DNA from: a virus | Reading direction: 5' to 3' (one strand) | Length of the DNA: 40,479 nucleotides | Virus record (IMG/VR): IMGVR_UViG_3300045988_091484 | Part shown: in pieces, positions 14,447 to 24,391 of the stretch | How the letters are laid out: each line of letters starts with the position of its first letter | How positions within the stretch are numbered: position 1 is the stretch's first letter | Notes under the pieces: model-generated | Database searches by the model: none | The model's input: only the letters and a program-made list of their open reading frames with translations | Told to the model about the DNA's origin: nothing | Made by a program: the position numbers and the translations under genes

Positions 14447-14962
14447 TTGGGAAGGCGAAGAGCCGAGTGCGAATGGGAGCGTAAAAAAGGCGAATCTTCA
14501 GAGGCTTATGCCGCGTTTAAACTCTACTACCAGATGGGTGATAAAAGATCTTGCACAAGGGTAGTACAAAAGCTGAACAAATCAAGGGCACTCATCACCG
14601 GCTGGTGCGGCAAATGGGACTGGGTAGAAAGAGCCCGTGCTTACGATAACGAGCTGGCTCGGCAGGAATTTTCAGAGGCTTGTAATGCGATAAAGAAAAT
14701 GAACGAGCAGCAGGCGCAAATTGGACTGCTCATTCAAAAAAAGGCGCTGGAAGCGCTAAAGGAAATGAAATCTAAAGAACTGTACCCGAAGTTACTGCTG
14801 CAGTATTTAGTACAAGGGGCGGGGCTTGAGAGAAGGGCACGGGATTCCGATATTGAGATAAAAACAAGCAGCAAGGAAAAAGAAATCAACGAAACGGACT
14901 ATGCTGATGATGGATTGACGGAGGCACTAAGAAATTCTGCGAAAAAGGTGTGGGATGAATGA
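14447..14962 (+). CDS. Terminase small subunit (TTG start)
   Basis: GGGAGGTG RBS 7 nt upstream of TTG 14447. Lies immediately upstream of, and overlaps, TerL. Confidence 0.65.
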   Translation: MGRRRAECEWERKKGESSEAYAAFKLYYQMGDKRSCTRVVQKLNKSRALITGWCGKWDWVERARAYDNELARQEFSEACNAIKKMNEQQAQIGLLIQKKALEALKEMKSKELYPKLLLQYLVQGAGLERRARDSDIEIKTSSKEKEINETDYADDGLTEALRNSAKKVWDE

Positions 14963-16275
14963 AAAACGTGATTGAGCCGGTTATCCGGTTTAAAGAATTT
15001 TCCCGTCGTCAAATGCAAGCGTTTACTTGGTGGTGTCATGGATCCCCTTACTTCAATTACAACGGAATTATAGCGGACGGAAGTATTCGAGCTGGTAAAA
15101 CGGTATCAATGGCTATCAGCTTTGTTTTATGGGCAATGCAAACATACGATAAACAGAACTTTGCTATGTGCGGCAAAACGGTCGGTTCTTTCCGACGTAA
15201 CGTCTGGAATTGGCTCAAACCTGTGTTGTATGCCCGCGGGTATGAAGTGACGGAGTTCCGGACGAGCAATACGATTATCATAGATGACGGAAAATCCGTG
15301 AATTACTTTTACATCTTCGGCGGAAGAGATGAGTCATCTCAAGATTTAATACAGGGCATGACACTTGCCGGGCTGTATTGCGATGAAGTGGCGCTTATGC
15401 CGGAATCATTCGTCAATCAGGCGACAGGACGTTGTTCCGTCCCGGGAGCAAAGATGTGGTTCAACTGCAACCCGGAAAGTCCCATGCATTGGTTTCTCAA
15501 AAACTGGATAGAGAAAAAAGAAGAAAAGAGAATGCTTCATCTCCATTTCACAATGGACGACAATCCTTCTCTTTCCGAAGATGTAAGAGAACGCTATAAA
15601 ACGACTTACAGCGGTGTATTTTATAAGCGTTTTATTTTGGGATTGTGGGTCATGGCGCAGGGCGCCATTTATAAAGACGCTTGGAGCGATGACCTGTATT
15701 TTGATAAAAACCAGCTGGAGTATATTTACAACAATCCGAGATTGTACCGCCGGTATATATCTATCGACTATGGCACCGTCAATCCGATGTGCTTCTTAGA
15801 TATCTGGGACGACGGAGACATTGCGTGGGTGGTAAGAGAATATTATTGGAACAGCCGGGAGGAAGGAAAGCATGAAAAGGATAACAGTCAATACGGTGAT
15901 GATCTTATGGAGTTTATTAATTCAGTAGACTATGCGCCGTCGGCGGTTATCATTGACCCGTCTGCTGCCAGCTTCAAAATAGAAATGAGAAACAGAGGAC
16001 TTCGAGCAAAAGAAACAGTGGATACGATTAATGCGGACAACAGTGTGCTGGAAGGAATCCGCACAGTTAATAAAATGCTCACAAAGAAGAAAATTCGAAT
16101 ATACAAAGAGAACTGCCCTATGCTTGTTAAAGAAATGCAAAGCTACGCATGGGATGAAAAGGCTATACAGAATGGCGGCAGGGAAAAACCGATAAAGGTG
16201 AATGACCACAGCGTCGACGCCCTGCGTTATTATTGTCAGACAGTAATCAGATCAAGGAGGCTTGCGAATGCGTAA
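14959..16275 (+). CDS. Terminase large subunit (PBSX-type)
   Basis: Walker A GSIRAGKTVS, Walker B LYCDEVALMP, and a C-terminal nuclease region with DHSVDALRY. Confidence 0.9.
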   Translation: MKNVIEPVIRFKEFSRRQMQAFTWWCHGSPYFNYNGIIADGSIRAGKTVSMAISFVLWAMQTYDKQNFAMCGKTVGSFRRNVWNWLKPVLYARGYEVTEFRTSNTIIIDDGKSVNYFYIFGGRDESSQDLIQGMTLAGLYCDEVALMPESFVNQATGRCSVPGAKMWFNCNPESPMHWFLKNWIEKKEEKRMLHLHFTMDDNPSLSEDVRERYKTTYSGVFYKRFILGLWVMAQGAIYKDAWSDDLYFDKNQLEYIYNNPRLYRRYISIDYGTVNPMCFLDIWDDGDIAWVVREYYWNSREEGKHEKDNSQYGDDLMEFINSVDYAPSAVIIDPSAASFKIEMRNRGLRAKETVDTINADNSVLEGIRTVNKMLTKKKIRIYKENCPMLVKEMQSYAWDEKAIQNGGREKPIKVNDHSVDALRYYCQTVIRSRRLANA

Positions 16276-18244
16276 GAAAAAAAGAATACAGGTGCCGGCG
16301 GGAAACCCGAAAAGAGCACCCGCCCGCGACGCATTTGCCAACGCTTTGGCGCGAATAGGTGCAGGGATGCCGAGCTTGATGGAGGGAACCACCTATCAAA
16401 TGCAGCGCCTGACACGGAATTATAACTTACTGAACAGTTTATATCGTGAACACTGGATAATGCGTCGGATTGTGGACATTATTCCGGGAGATATGCTGAA
16501 GAATTGGATTACTATCACGACGGAAGTAGATCCGAAGGCGCTGAAGCGAATAGACCTTGTCCTCCGCCGGACGCAGCTCATACAGAAAATCAAAACGGGC
16601 ATGCAGTGGGGACGTCTATATGGTGGCGCGGTAGGCGTCATGCTGATTAAGGGACAGGGGTATGATCTTGCAGAACCTGTTGATTTGGATCGTATAATGC
16701 CGGGGGATTTCTGTGGTATTACGGTTTTAGACCGGTGGAATGGTGTTTCTCCCTCTGGAGAATTGATAGGTGATATCAGCGACCCGGAATATGGGCTTCC
16801 GAAGTATTATCTTGTAACGGATACCGTATCCGGTGTAACTACCAAGATTCATAATTCACGTGTGCTTCGTTTTATCGGAGATGATCTGCCGTACTGGGAG
16901 AGCCAGTCAGAGGAACAGTGGGGCGCCTCGGTGATAGAATCAGTGTTTGACGAGCTGAAGAAGCGTGATAATGTTTCATGGAATATAGCGCAGCTCACGT
17001 TCATGGCGTCGCTTCGTGTACTCAAGATGAACGACTTGGGACAAACGCTATCTGCTACAGACGAACAAACACAGGCGGAATTGTACAAAACGATACAGGC
17101 GCAAAACTGGCTCATGAGTAATAGCGGCGTGCAGGTGCTTGATAAAGAAGACGGTTTTGAAACACACCAGTACACATTCGGCGGCATTTCCGAGGTTTAC
17201 CAGCAGTTCATGATGGATATATCCGGTGCGGCACAGATACCTGCCACAAAGTTATTTGGACGAGCTCCCGCCGGAATGAATGCCACAGGCGAAAGTGACC
17301 TGCAAAATTACTACGACATGATCGGGCAAGAACAGGAATCAAAACTGCGTCCGATACTGAATAAACTGTTGCCGATTCTCTGCATGAGCGTTTTCGGGGC
17401 AGTTCCTGATGATTTAGATTTCGATTTTGACCCGGTATCTGAACCTTCCGACAAAGAGCGGAGCGAGCTGGCTAAAACGGGCACGGAGAACGTGGTAACG
17501 GCACTTAATGCGGGGCTTGTGTCTAAACGTACAGCGCTGCAGGAGCTTAAGCAGCAGAGCGAGCGTACTGGCGTATGGACGAATATCACGGATGAGGATA
17601 TTATGAACACTTCCGATAAAATAGAAGAGGAAGGGGAGTTTGGCGGATTTAGCGGAATGTTGGGGGTGGATGAATCGGAAAGCGATGGAGATGAATTACA
17701 TAAAACATCAAATTCTGTACAAGATAGTAGTAAATGGGTGACTATGAATGGAACCCATGTAAAGGTAGATGAGGACGGTGAGATAAAGAATGGTCCGTTA
17801 AAGGGGCAGAAATATACATCGAAACTCAAGGCTCCGAAATATACGAAGGCGGAAGGATATGAAAAACAGATCGGCTCTCCAATTCATGGTGGATATAAGG
17901 GAATCAATGCTATAAATAAGCTCTTGGAAACGAAAAATGGGTATGTACCTGATGCATTCACCAGATCAGATATAGGAAGCATAGCACTGCCGTGGGGCGA
18001 TGATTTTATGGGGCTCAAGCACATTATCCAAGAAAGACAATCTCAGGGGATTGACACTAATGAGTTCTTGCAGCATTTGCCGGATATCATAGAAGACGGG
18101 AAGCTTGATAGTAGAAATGGAAGGTTTTATATAAGGAAAGATCACTATACAGCAGTAATATCTCCCACCTATTTTGATGATCATTTCACATTCGTACTTA
18201 CTGGATGGGATGAAAATGTTTCTGAAACAACAAAAAAGCACTAA
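16268..18244 (+). CDS. Portal protein (DUF1073-type) with a ~170-aa extra C-terminal domain
   Basis: ATG 16268 follows AGGAGG. LNSLYREHWIMRRIVDIIPGDMLKNW is typical of DUF1073 portals. An acidic/Gly linker is followed by the extra domain from about 17735. Confidence 0.85.
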   Translation: MRKKKRIQVPAGNPKRAPARDAFANALARIGAGMPSLMEGTTYQMQRLTRNYNLLNSLYREHWIMRRIVDIIPGDMLKNWITITTEVDPKALKRIDLVLRRTQLIQKIKTGMQWGRLYGGAVGVMLIKGQGYDLAEPVDLDRIMPGDFCGITVLDRWNGVSPSGELIGDISDPEYGLPKYYLVTDTVSGVTTKIHNSRVLRFIGDDLPYWESQSEEQWGASVIESVFDELKKRDNVSWNIAQLTFMASLRVLKMNDLGQTLSATDEQTQAELYKTIQAQNWLMSNSGVQVLDKEDGFETHQYTFGGISEVYQQFMMDISGAAQIPATKLFGRAPAGMNATGESDLQNYYDMIGQEQESKLRPILNKLLPILCMSVFGAVPDDLDFDFDPVSEPSDKERSELAKTGTENVVTALNAGLVSKRTALQELKQQSERTGVWTNITDEDIMNTSDKIEEEGEFGGFSGMLGVDESESDGDELHKTSNSVQDSSKWVTMNGTHVKVDEDGEIKNGPLKGQKYTSKLKAPKYTKAEGYEKQIGSPIHGGYKGINAINKLLETKNGYVPDAFTRSDIGSIALPWGDDFMGLKHIIQERQSQGIDTNEFLQHLPDIIEDGKLDSRNGRFYIRKDHYTAVISPTYFDDHFTFVLTGWDENVSETTKKH

Positions 18245-18443
18245 GGCGCCAGAAGCATGTAAACTAATCTGGCATTGCTAAGCGTACAGACCACTTGCTA
18301 CGCTAACCCAAGTGCTTTTCTTATCTTTATTATAATGCTTGATGCATAAAATGCAAGGTGGCACCGTTAAATACAGTGGATTTATTGAGTGTTTAGATTT
18401 ACACTGTGACAAACAATATAATTATTTTGCGAGGAGGTAAATT

Positions 18444-18923
18444 ATGGATAAAACAAAAGAGAATTTAATGCGGATTAAAGCGTACGACGCAGAAGAAGGG
18501 GAATGGAGAACTATTAAGGGTGCCCGTGTACTTGTTAAAAACGGATAAATTGTTGCTGGTGCCGGTGGTAAGTTTAATGGTCAGAAATTTGGATCAAAAC
18601 CTGCACGATCAAGTAAGGTGCAGACAATGGAAAATCTGGCAAGTGCAGCTAAGCCGGGGAAAACAGACCCAACTACAAGTCGGGCAATCATAACTCCAGC
18701 GATGAAAAAACAGGTTGAAGCAGACTTTGAAATGAATAAAAAGAAATTCCCTGAAAATGAACATGAAGCTGTATCACAAACGTTAAAAAAATATTTTGAT
18801 AAAGCAGAAACGTATTTAAACAAAGATATGTATAATGAATATGCCGCTGAAACCGCAAAAGCTCGATGCCTTATGAAAAAAGTCTATGGACAGGAATATG
18901 CAACACGGGATCCGGCAGAGTAA
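18444..18923 (+). pseudogene. 160-codon reading frame interrupted by one in-frame TAA (18546-18548); alternatively two genes, 18444-18548 and 18618-18923
   Basis: Strong GAGGAGG RBS before ATG 18444. No other stop occurs in this frame until 18921-18923. ATG 18618 has its own AAGGTG RBS. Confidence 0.4.
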
Positions 18924-18933
18924 GTGAATAAAC

Positions 18934-19758
18934 ATGAAAAGAAACTTCAAACCAAATCGAATGACAGAAAAGCGGTATGCCGCTGCGATAGAAAGAATCA
19001 TGAAAGGACTGGAGCGTGAGATGGCTCATGCAGAAAGTCCTTTTCAAATGCTCTCTGTCCTCCGTGGTCTTGCCCGTTCTCCCACTTTTGAAAAAGCATG
19101 CGAGGACGCGGCACGATCCATGGCAACACACGCCTTTTCTGATGGACACCGAACGTGGCGGGAAGCCGCCCGGGCAGGTTCTAAAGGACGCAGGATATAT
19201 CGATTGCTGCACAAAGAACTCGAAGTGAACGATATTTACCGGGATATCGTTTCCCGTAATTCCCGCTTGATTCAATCCATGACAAATGAGGCTGCAGAAC
19301 GTGTATCAAATATAGTGTCTGAAGGACAGTCGGCTGGTATTCGGTCAGAAGACATGATAGATGACATACTCAAGCAATGGCCGACGATGACAAGGGCGCA
19401 TGCTAAATTAATTGCCCGGACGGAATCCTCAAAAGCGGCCTCTGCGTTGACACGCTCAAGGGCGCAAAGCGCGGGGCTCAATTGGTATATTTGGGAAACA
19501 TCGGAAGATTCCAGGGTGCGTTCTTCCCACCGTCACATGGACGGCGTACTGGTCAATTGGAATGACCCGCCGTCTCCGGAGGCTCTGATTGATATGAAGG
19601 ATTACGGAAAATATCATGCCGGCGAGTTTCCAAATTGCCGCTGTTATGCCGCTCCGTTGATAGAATATGATGATGTTTCTTGGCCGCATAAGGTATACAG
19701 GAATGGACGTATACGGTATATGCGGCTTTCTGAATTTAAAAAAATAGAAGGGGGATAA
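18934..19758 (+). CDS. Head morphogenesis protein, SPP1 gp7 / Mu F family
   Basis: LIARTESSKA...WETSEDSRVRSSHRHMDG motif. Lies downstream of the portal. Confidence 0.85.
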   Translation: MKRNFKPNRMTEKRYAAAIERIMKGLEREMAHAESPFQMLSVLRGLARSPTFEKACEDAARSMATHAFSDGHRTWREAARAGSKGRRIYRLLHKELEVNDIYRDIVSRNSRLIQSMTNEAAERVSNIVSEGQSAGIRSEDMIDDILKQWPTMTRAHAKLIARTESSKAASALTRSRAQSAGLNWYIWETSEDSRVRSSHRHMDGVLVNWNDPPSPEALIDMKDYGKYHAGEFPNCRCYAAPLIEYDDVSWPHKVYRNGRIRYMRLSEFKKIEGG

Positions 19759-20988
19759 ATGAGGGCATTTTACGGAAGTAAAATCTCCGGACATATGATC
19801 CGAACTCCAGAGGGGTACCTTGTGTGTAAAGAAGTGCCTATTGCAAGGATAGGTACACAGGAATACCGGGGAATGGAGTTCGGGGGAGAAAATCCGGAGA
19901 AAATCTATGTTGTTAAGAGGCCTGAAGAAGAGGTATTCAGTAAGGCGGCATTAGCAAGTTTTGAGGGTAAACCGGTCGTGGATGAACATCCCAGCGAAGA
20001 CGTAACGCCGGACAATATTGGTCGATATATTAAAGGCACCTGCCGTGATGTACGTCGCGGTGATGGTGCCTTATCCGACTGCGTTGTAGCGGATCTGCTT
20101 ATCTATGACAAGGACCTGATACAAAAGATTGAAAATGGAAAGCGCGATATTTCTTGCGGGTATGATTGCCTGTGGGATCCGGAAGATGACGACACCTACG
20201 CACAGCGGGAAATCCGCGGTAATCATGTAGCCGTCGTCGAAAAAGGGCGCGCTGGACACAAAGTTTCTATTCGTGATTCACGAAAAGGAGGAAAAACAAT
20301 GTCAGAAAAAAGTAAAAACAGTATTTGGGGGCGTATGCTTTCTGCGTTTGCGCATGACAGCGATACTACTCCGGAAGATCTGGAAGCAGCGGCAAAAATG
20401 AAGCCTGCTTCTGATGAAGATGATCCGGCAAAGACTGTTCCGGTAGTAGAGAAAAAAGAAGAACCGAAGAGCACGATCGATGCAGAACTCGACGCACGTC
20501 TCAAAAAGATTGAAGATGCTATTGCCGCTCTTGCTGAAAAGCCGGATAAAGAAAAACCGGCAGAGGAATCTGATGCGCTGGACGCATTAGAAGAAGAGCT
20601 CAAGGGCGAAAAAGAAGAAACCCATGATGAAAGTGATGTAGAAGTTGATCCGAAAGAAATCAATGCCAAGCAGGAAGAAACAGAAGATGACGATGAAGAC
20701 GTTGTAGAACCGGAAGACGAGGAAGAAGCCAAAGCTGCTCGTGACGCTGCTCTGAAAGCTATCAGTGCATTGAAGCCGGTTGTAGCGGCTCTGCCTAAAA
20801 GCCAGAGAAAGAAAGCTGCAGATAGTCTTGCGGATCTGATTCGCGGCAACATTCGCGATGATGGATATGACGCCATTATGAAAGCCAAAGAAAACGGTCA
20901 CAAAAAAGCAAAAGACAAAGCAATGGATGACCGTGAACTTGGTCGCATGATTCGAGACAAATATAATCCACATTACAAAAAGAACTAA
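19759..20988 (+). CDS. DUF2213-type prohead scaffold/protease-like protein with an acidic C-terminal half
   Basis: VPIARIGTQEYRG...RPEEEVFSKAALASFEGKPVVDEHP. Followed by a long E/D/K-rich region. Confidence 0.65.
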   Translation: MRAFYGSKISGHMIRTPEGYLVCKEVPIARIGTQEYRGMEFGGENPEKIYVVKRPEEEVFSKAALASFEGKPVVDEHPSEDVTPDNIGRYIKGTCRDVRRGDGALSDCVVADLLIYDKDLIQKIENGKRDISCGYDCLWDPEDDDTYAQREIRGNHVAVVEKGRAGHKVSIRDSRKGGKTMSEKSKNSIWGRMLSAFAHDSDTTPEDLEAAAKMKPASDEDDPAKTVPVVEKKEEPKSTIDAELDARLKKIEDAIAALAEKPDKEKPAEESDALDALEEELKGEKEETHDESDVEVDPKEINAKQEETEDDDEDVVEPEDEEEAKAARDAALKAISALKPVVAALPKSQRKKAADSLADLIRGNIRDDGYDAIMKAKENGHKKAKDKAMDDRELGRMIRDKYNPHYKKN

Positions 20989-21003
20989 AAGGAGGAAAAC
21001 ACA

Positions 21004-21519
21004 ATGAGTGGAAAAGCAATTGGAGTAGCTATGAACTATGGGTTCCCGGGGACCTATGCAAGAACCCCGGACGATGTCGTTACATCCCGCCAGCTGAAAG
21101 AGGGCTCTGCCGCGGTACCGTTCGGTGCGGCTCTGGCGGCGAATGATGACAATACTTATTCTGCGGTGGGCGCCACATTTACTGCCGCTAAATTTGGTGG
21201 TGTTGCGCTCCGTGTAGTTAAACAGGCTGTCTCTTACAATGATCAGAACGAAACAGCTTACAATGAGCAGGACCTTGTCTCCGCAATTAATCGCGGATCT
21301 GTTGTCGTTAAATGCAATAATGGTACACCAAAAGCCGGCGGGGCTGTATTTGTCCGCATCAAAGCCAATTCTGCAATTTCCAGCGGCGTTGTCGGCGGAT
21401 TTGAAGCTATAGCTGATGGAGCTAACACTGTACAGCTAACAAATGTACAGTGGACAAATGGTTATGTTGACGCAAATGGCGTGGCGGAAATCACTATTCT
21501 GACCCGTCTGAACGCGTAA
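21004..21519 (+). CDS. Head accessory (decoration/cement-like) protein
   Basis: 171-aa ORF between the scaffold and major capsid genes, with a strong RBS. Called from position only. Confidence 0.4.
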   Translation: MSGKAIGVAMNYGFPGTYARTPDDVVTSRQLKEGSAAVPFGAALAANDDNTYSAVGATFTAAKFGGVALRVVKQAVSYNDQNETAYNEQDLVSAINRGSVVVKCNNGTPKAGGAVFVRIKANSAISSGVVGGFEAIADGANTVQLTNVQWTNGYVDANGVAEITILTRLNA

Positions 21520-21538
21520 TAGAAGGAGGTACAAAATA

Positions 21539-22588
21539 ATGGGAAATAACGCTGTTTCTATGTTTACACCGAATGCCGGAATGATGGGAGTGGCCAACGC
21601 GGCTATGCGCGCAGGCGGCAAACAGGCTTTTTATGGTTCTGCTTATGACGCGGCAATTGCGTCCGGCATGGCTTATCTTGTGGGCGAACTTGAAAAAGTA
21701 GATCCGAAAATTAGGGAACCTCTCTCTTCTGTTACCTGGCAGCGAGACATCGTTGCAAAAACAGGCGGCGGATGGGTAGATTTCACGTCCACCTTTGATG
21801 TTGATTATGGAACTACAGGCGCCAATGATTATTCGATCGTTGGATCCGGTACGACCGCGGTTCCGGTAATGCAGGTCAGCACCAGCAAAAACCTGTTCAA
21901 AACCTTTACGTGGATGCATGCTATGCAGGTTCCGTTTGTTGATCAGGCTAAGCTGCAGCAGATTGGACGTTCTCTGGAAGATATGCTTGATAAAGGCATT
22001 CGCCTTAACTACAACAAGACCATTGATAAAAACGTTTATCTTGGGTTTGATTCCCTCGGCACTTCCGGTCTGATTAACGACAAGAAAGTCACGGTAGGTA
22101 CTGTTGTAAACGGTGCGGCAGGTTCTCCGCTTTGGACGAAAAAGACGGCGGATGAAATCCTGCAGGATATCAATAACGCTCTTGTGGAAGCGTGGAAAGC
22201 GGCTGAATATGACCTGTCCGGTATGCCGAATCACATTCTGATTCCGCCGGAAAATTATGCCTTCATTGTGAAGCAGAAAGTATCCGACGCCGGGAATATT
22301 TCCATCCTTGAATATCTGCTGCAGAACAATATCGCCAAGAATCAGGGCGTGGATATTGCTATTGAACCGTGCCGCTGGTGCATTAAGGCAGGTACCGGTA
22401 AAACTAACCGCATGGTGGTTTATGTCAACGATGAAGACAAGGTAAACTTTGACATCACCGTGCCGATTACCCGCGCTATGACCCAGCCGTCCGTGGAACG
22501 CGCCGCGTATCTGACTTTGTTCGCTGCACAGATTGGGCAGGTTAAGTTCAATTATTATCAGCCGGTTCGCTACTTTGACGGTATTTAA
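21539..22588 (+). CDS. Major capsid protein (DUF2184-type)
   Basis: LVGELEKVDPKIREPLSSVTWQRDI near the N-terminus. 349 aa. Strong AGGAGG RBS. Confidence 0.8.
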   Translation: MGNNAVSMFTPNAGMMGVANAAMRAGGKQAFYGSAYDAAIASGMAYLVGELEKVDPKIREPLSSVTWQRDIVAKTGGGWVDFTSTFDVDYGTTGANDYSIVGSGTTAVPVMQVSTSKNLFKTFTWMHAMQVPFVDQAKLQQIGRSLEDMLDKGIRLNYNKTIDKNVYLGFDSLGTSGLINDKKVTVGTVVNGAAGSPLWTKKTADEILQDINNALVEAWKAAEYDLSGMPNHILIPPENYAFIVKQKVSDAGNISILEYLLQNNIAKNQGVDIAIEPCRWCIKAGTGKTNRMVVYVNDEDKVNFDITVPITRAMTQPSVERAAYLTLFAAQIGQVKFNYYQPVRYFDGI

Positions 22589-22601
22589 CAGGAGGTAATT
22601 T

Positions 22602-22964
22602 ATGATCATTCTAACAAAAAAGAAATTCTGCTTTGAACTTGACGGGGAGCAATTCACTTCCCGTGGCGGAATGGAAATGGAAAATGCTCCGTCATGGATT
22701 CAAAAGACATGGATCTTTGACCTTGCTGTAAAAGATGGAGACCTCATCGTTGCGCAGGATAGCGACACAAAAACAGAGGCGGATGTAAGAAATGCCGCCT
22801 CTGAACCTGTAGCGCCTCCTGCTTCTGAATCCGAACCTGCAGATCCTGATGAAAATTCTGGAGAAACAGAATCAGAGGAAGATGAAGACGCTGAATCCAA
22901 TGATGAAGTCGAACCTGAATCCGACGTAAAACCGAAAACGACAAGAAGAACCAAAAGCAAATAA
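22602..22964 (+). CDS. Hypothetical protein with an acidic C-terminal tail
   Basis: 120-aa ORF with an AGGAGG RBS. Confidence 0.5.
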   Translation: MIILTKKKFCFELDGEQFTSRGGMEMENAPSWIQKTWIFDLAVKDGDLIVAQDSDTKTEADVRNAASEPVAPPASESEPADPDENSGETESEEDEDAESNDEVEPESDVKPKTTRRTKSK

Positions 22965-22985
22965 TAAAGAAAGGGGGTAAAAATC

Positions 22986-23438
22986 GTGATAGGCATTATA
23001 ACGCAGGCATCTAATATCAAGCATGGAGATAATCCGGCATATTCAAAGGCGGATTTTCTGTCTTTGTATCCGCAGTTTAAGGGGTTAATCCCTGACGCTG
23101 CGCTGGATATGTATGTGGAACTTGGAAACGCCTGTGTCAGCAGCGGGCGATATCATTCCATGTGGAAACATGCTATCGGTTTGTTTATCGCTCATTTTTG
23201 CTCCCTCTATCTTCAGAGTTTGCAGCCAGAGGGAGCGTCTGCTTCCTCTGTTCTTTCTGCCGCTGCCACGGCAGGCGTCGTTACAAGCGAAAGTGCGGAC
23301 GGTGTTTCCCATTCTATGGATTTGTCGGCATTGACGCAGGACTTGAACGGATGGGCAGGGTTCAAATTAACAACCTTCGGTGTGCAGTTTGCAACACTGG
23401 CCAAAATGGTCGGCAAAGGCGGGATGTATGTATGGTGA
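22986..23438 (+). CDS. Head-tail connector-type protein (DUF4054-like)
   Basis: GTG start after AAGGGGG. Called from position after the capsid gene. Family assignment is from memory. Confidence 0.45.
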   Translation: MIGIITQASNIKHGDNPAYSKADFLSLYPQFKGLIPDAALDMYVELGNACVSSGRYHSMWKHAIGLFIAHFCSLYLQSLQPEGASASSVLSAAATAGVVTSESADGVSHSMDLSALTQDLNGWAGFKLTTFGVQFATLAKMVGKGGMYVW

Positions 23439-24016
23439 ACTCAAAAGGTAAAGTTGAGCATAACGAGTACAATGGCGGATTTGCCGGACTCGTCAAACGG
23501 CTACAAGGGCTGCAGAAAAGGCAGATTCAGGTTGGCATACCGCAGCAGACATCAAGCCGTAAAAGCGAAGGCATTAACAATGCAGAACTTCTTTACATCC
23601 ATACCCATGGAATAAGAAGAAAGGCCATGCGAAAAGAAATGCAGGAAGGGATGGACAGGGGGCTTAAATACAGCGAGGCTTTTTCTCTTTATATTCAGTC
23701 CCACGGTTCCCCTCTTTGGCATTCTCCGCCCCGTCCTGTCTTAGAACCAGCTATCAAGGCAAACAAAGAAAAAATAGCGCTGCAGTTCTCTAAAATAGTC
23801 AAGGCCACGGCCGACGGGAATGCGGACGCGATGGAACGGGCTATTACAAGCACGGGGATGACCGCGCAGAATGCATGCCGGGCGTGGTTTAAGGATCCGC
23901 GCAACGGGTGGCCACGTAATGATCCCAAAACGGTGAAACTAAAAGGGAGCGATAAGCCGCTTGTTGACAGCGGAGAATTGAGAGATTCCATTGTTTACGT
24001 TGTGAGGGAGGAATAG
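23432..24016 (+). CDS. Neck / head-closure protein (start corrected to ATG 23432)
   Basis: ATGGTGA overlap with the upstream stop. The upstream part of the 23162 ORF is an out-of-frame overlap with the preceding gene. Confidence 0.5.
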   Translation: MVNSKGKVEHNEYNGGFAGLVKRLQGLQKRQIQVGIPQQTSSRKSEGINNAELLYIHTHGIRRKAMRKEMQEGMDRGLKYSEAFSLYIQSHGSPLWHSPPRPVLEPAIKANKEKIALQFSKIVKATADGNADAMERAITSTGMTAQNACRAWFKDPRNGWPRNDPKTVKLKGSDKPLVDSGELRDSIVYVVREE

Positions 24017-24019
24017 CCG

Positions 24020-24391
24020 ATGATTAATTTGTCAAGCGTGATTCATTCCTCTCGATTGTCACGGGATTATACTATTCTTCGTTCGTCTGGCGTATGGGAA
24101 AATGGAGAATTCATTAAGAATGGAACTCCGTCTACACTCCAGTTCCATGGGATTATTACTGTAGCAACCGAAAGAGATCTGCAGAAAGTTCCGGAAGGGA
24201 ACCGGCAGACGGGAGCCATGAAAATTCTTTCCACTGAACCGATTTATGTAACAGGGCAGCTTGAAGAAAACGGCTTTTCAGATGTTCTTGTCTGGAATAA
24301 CGAAAAATATCAGATTGTAGCCGTCTTCCCGGATAAGGATTATGGATTTTATCGCGGAATATGTACTCGTCTCTCTGGGGAGGTGGTATAA
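24020..24391 (+). CDS. Neck / tail-completion protein
   Basis: 123-aa ORF with a GGGAGGAA RBS, in the structural operon. Confidence 0.45.
   Translation: MINLSSVIHSSRLSRDYTILRSSGVWENGEFIKNGTPSTLQFHGIITVATERDLQKVPEGNRQTGAMKILSTEPIYVTGQLEENGFSDVLVWNNEKYQIVAVFPDKDYGFYRGICTRLSGEVV

Noticed and set aside
18331-18336. TATAAT hexamer in the portal-MuF gap as an internal promoter
   Set aside because: There is no acceptable -35 or TG extension at the proper spacing. The evidence is insufficient to call a promoter.
20223-20888. 221-aa Ser-rich minus-strand ORF (and the overlapping 20587-20973 ORF)
   Set aside because: It is antisense to the GAA/GAT/AAA-rich acidic half of the scaffold gene. TTC/ATC/TTT complements give Ser/Phe-rich artefactual frames.
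21494-22657. 387-aa minus-strand ORF, the longest antisense ORF in the window
   Set aside because: It lies entirely antisense to the major capsid gene, which has a strong RBS and recognisable capsid motifs. The antisense translation is low-complexity and Arg/Ile/Asn/Phe-rich with no start context. It is a shadow ORF.
23162-23431. N-terminal 90 codons of the 23162-24016 ORF
   Set aside because: This is an out-of-frame overlap with the preceding connector gene (Cys/Arg-rich nonsense). ATG 23432, with its ATGGTGA coupling, is the credible start.
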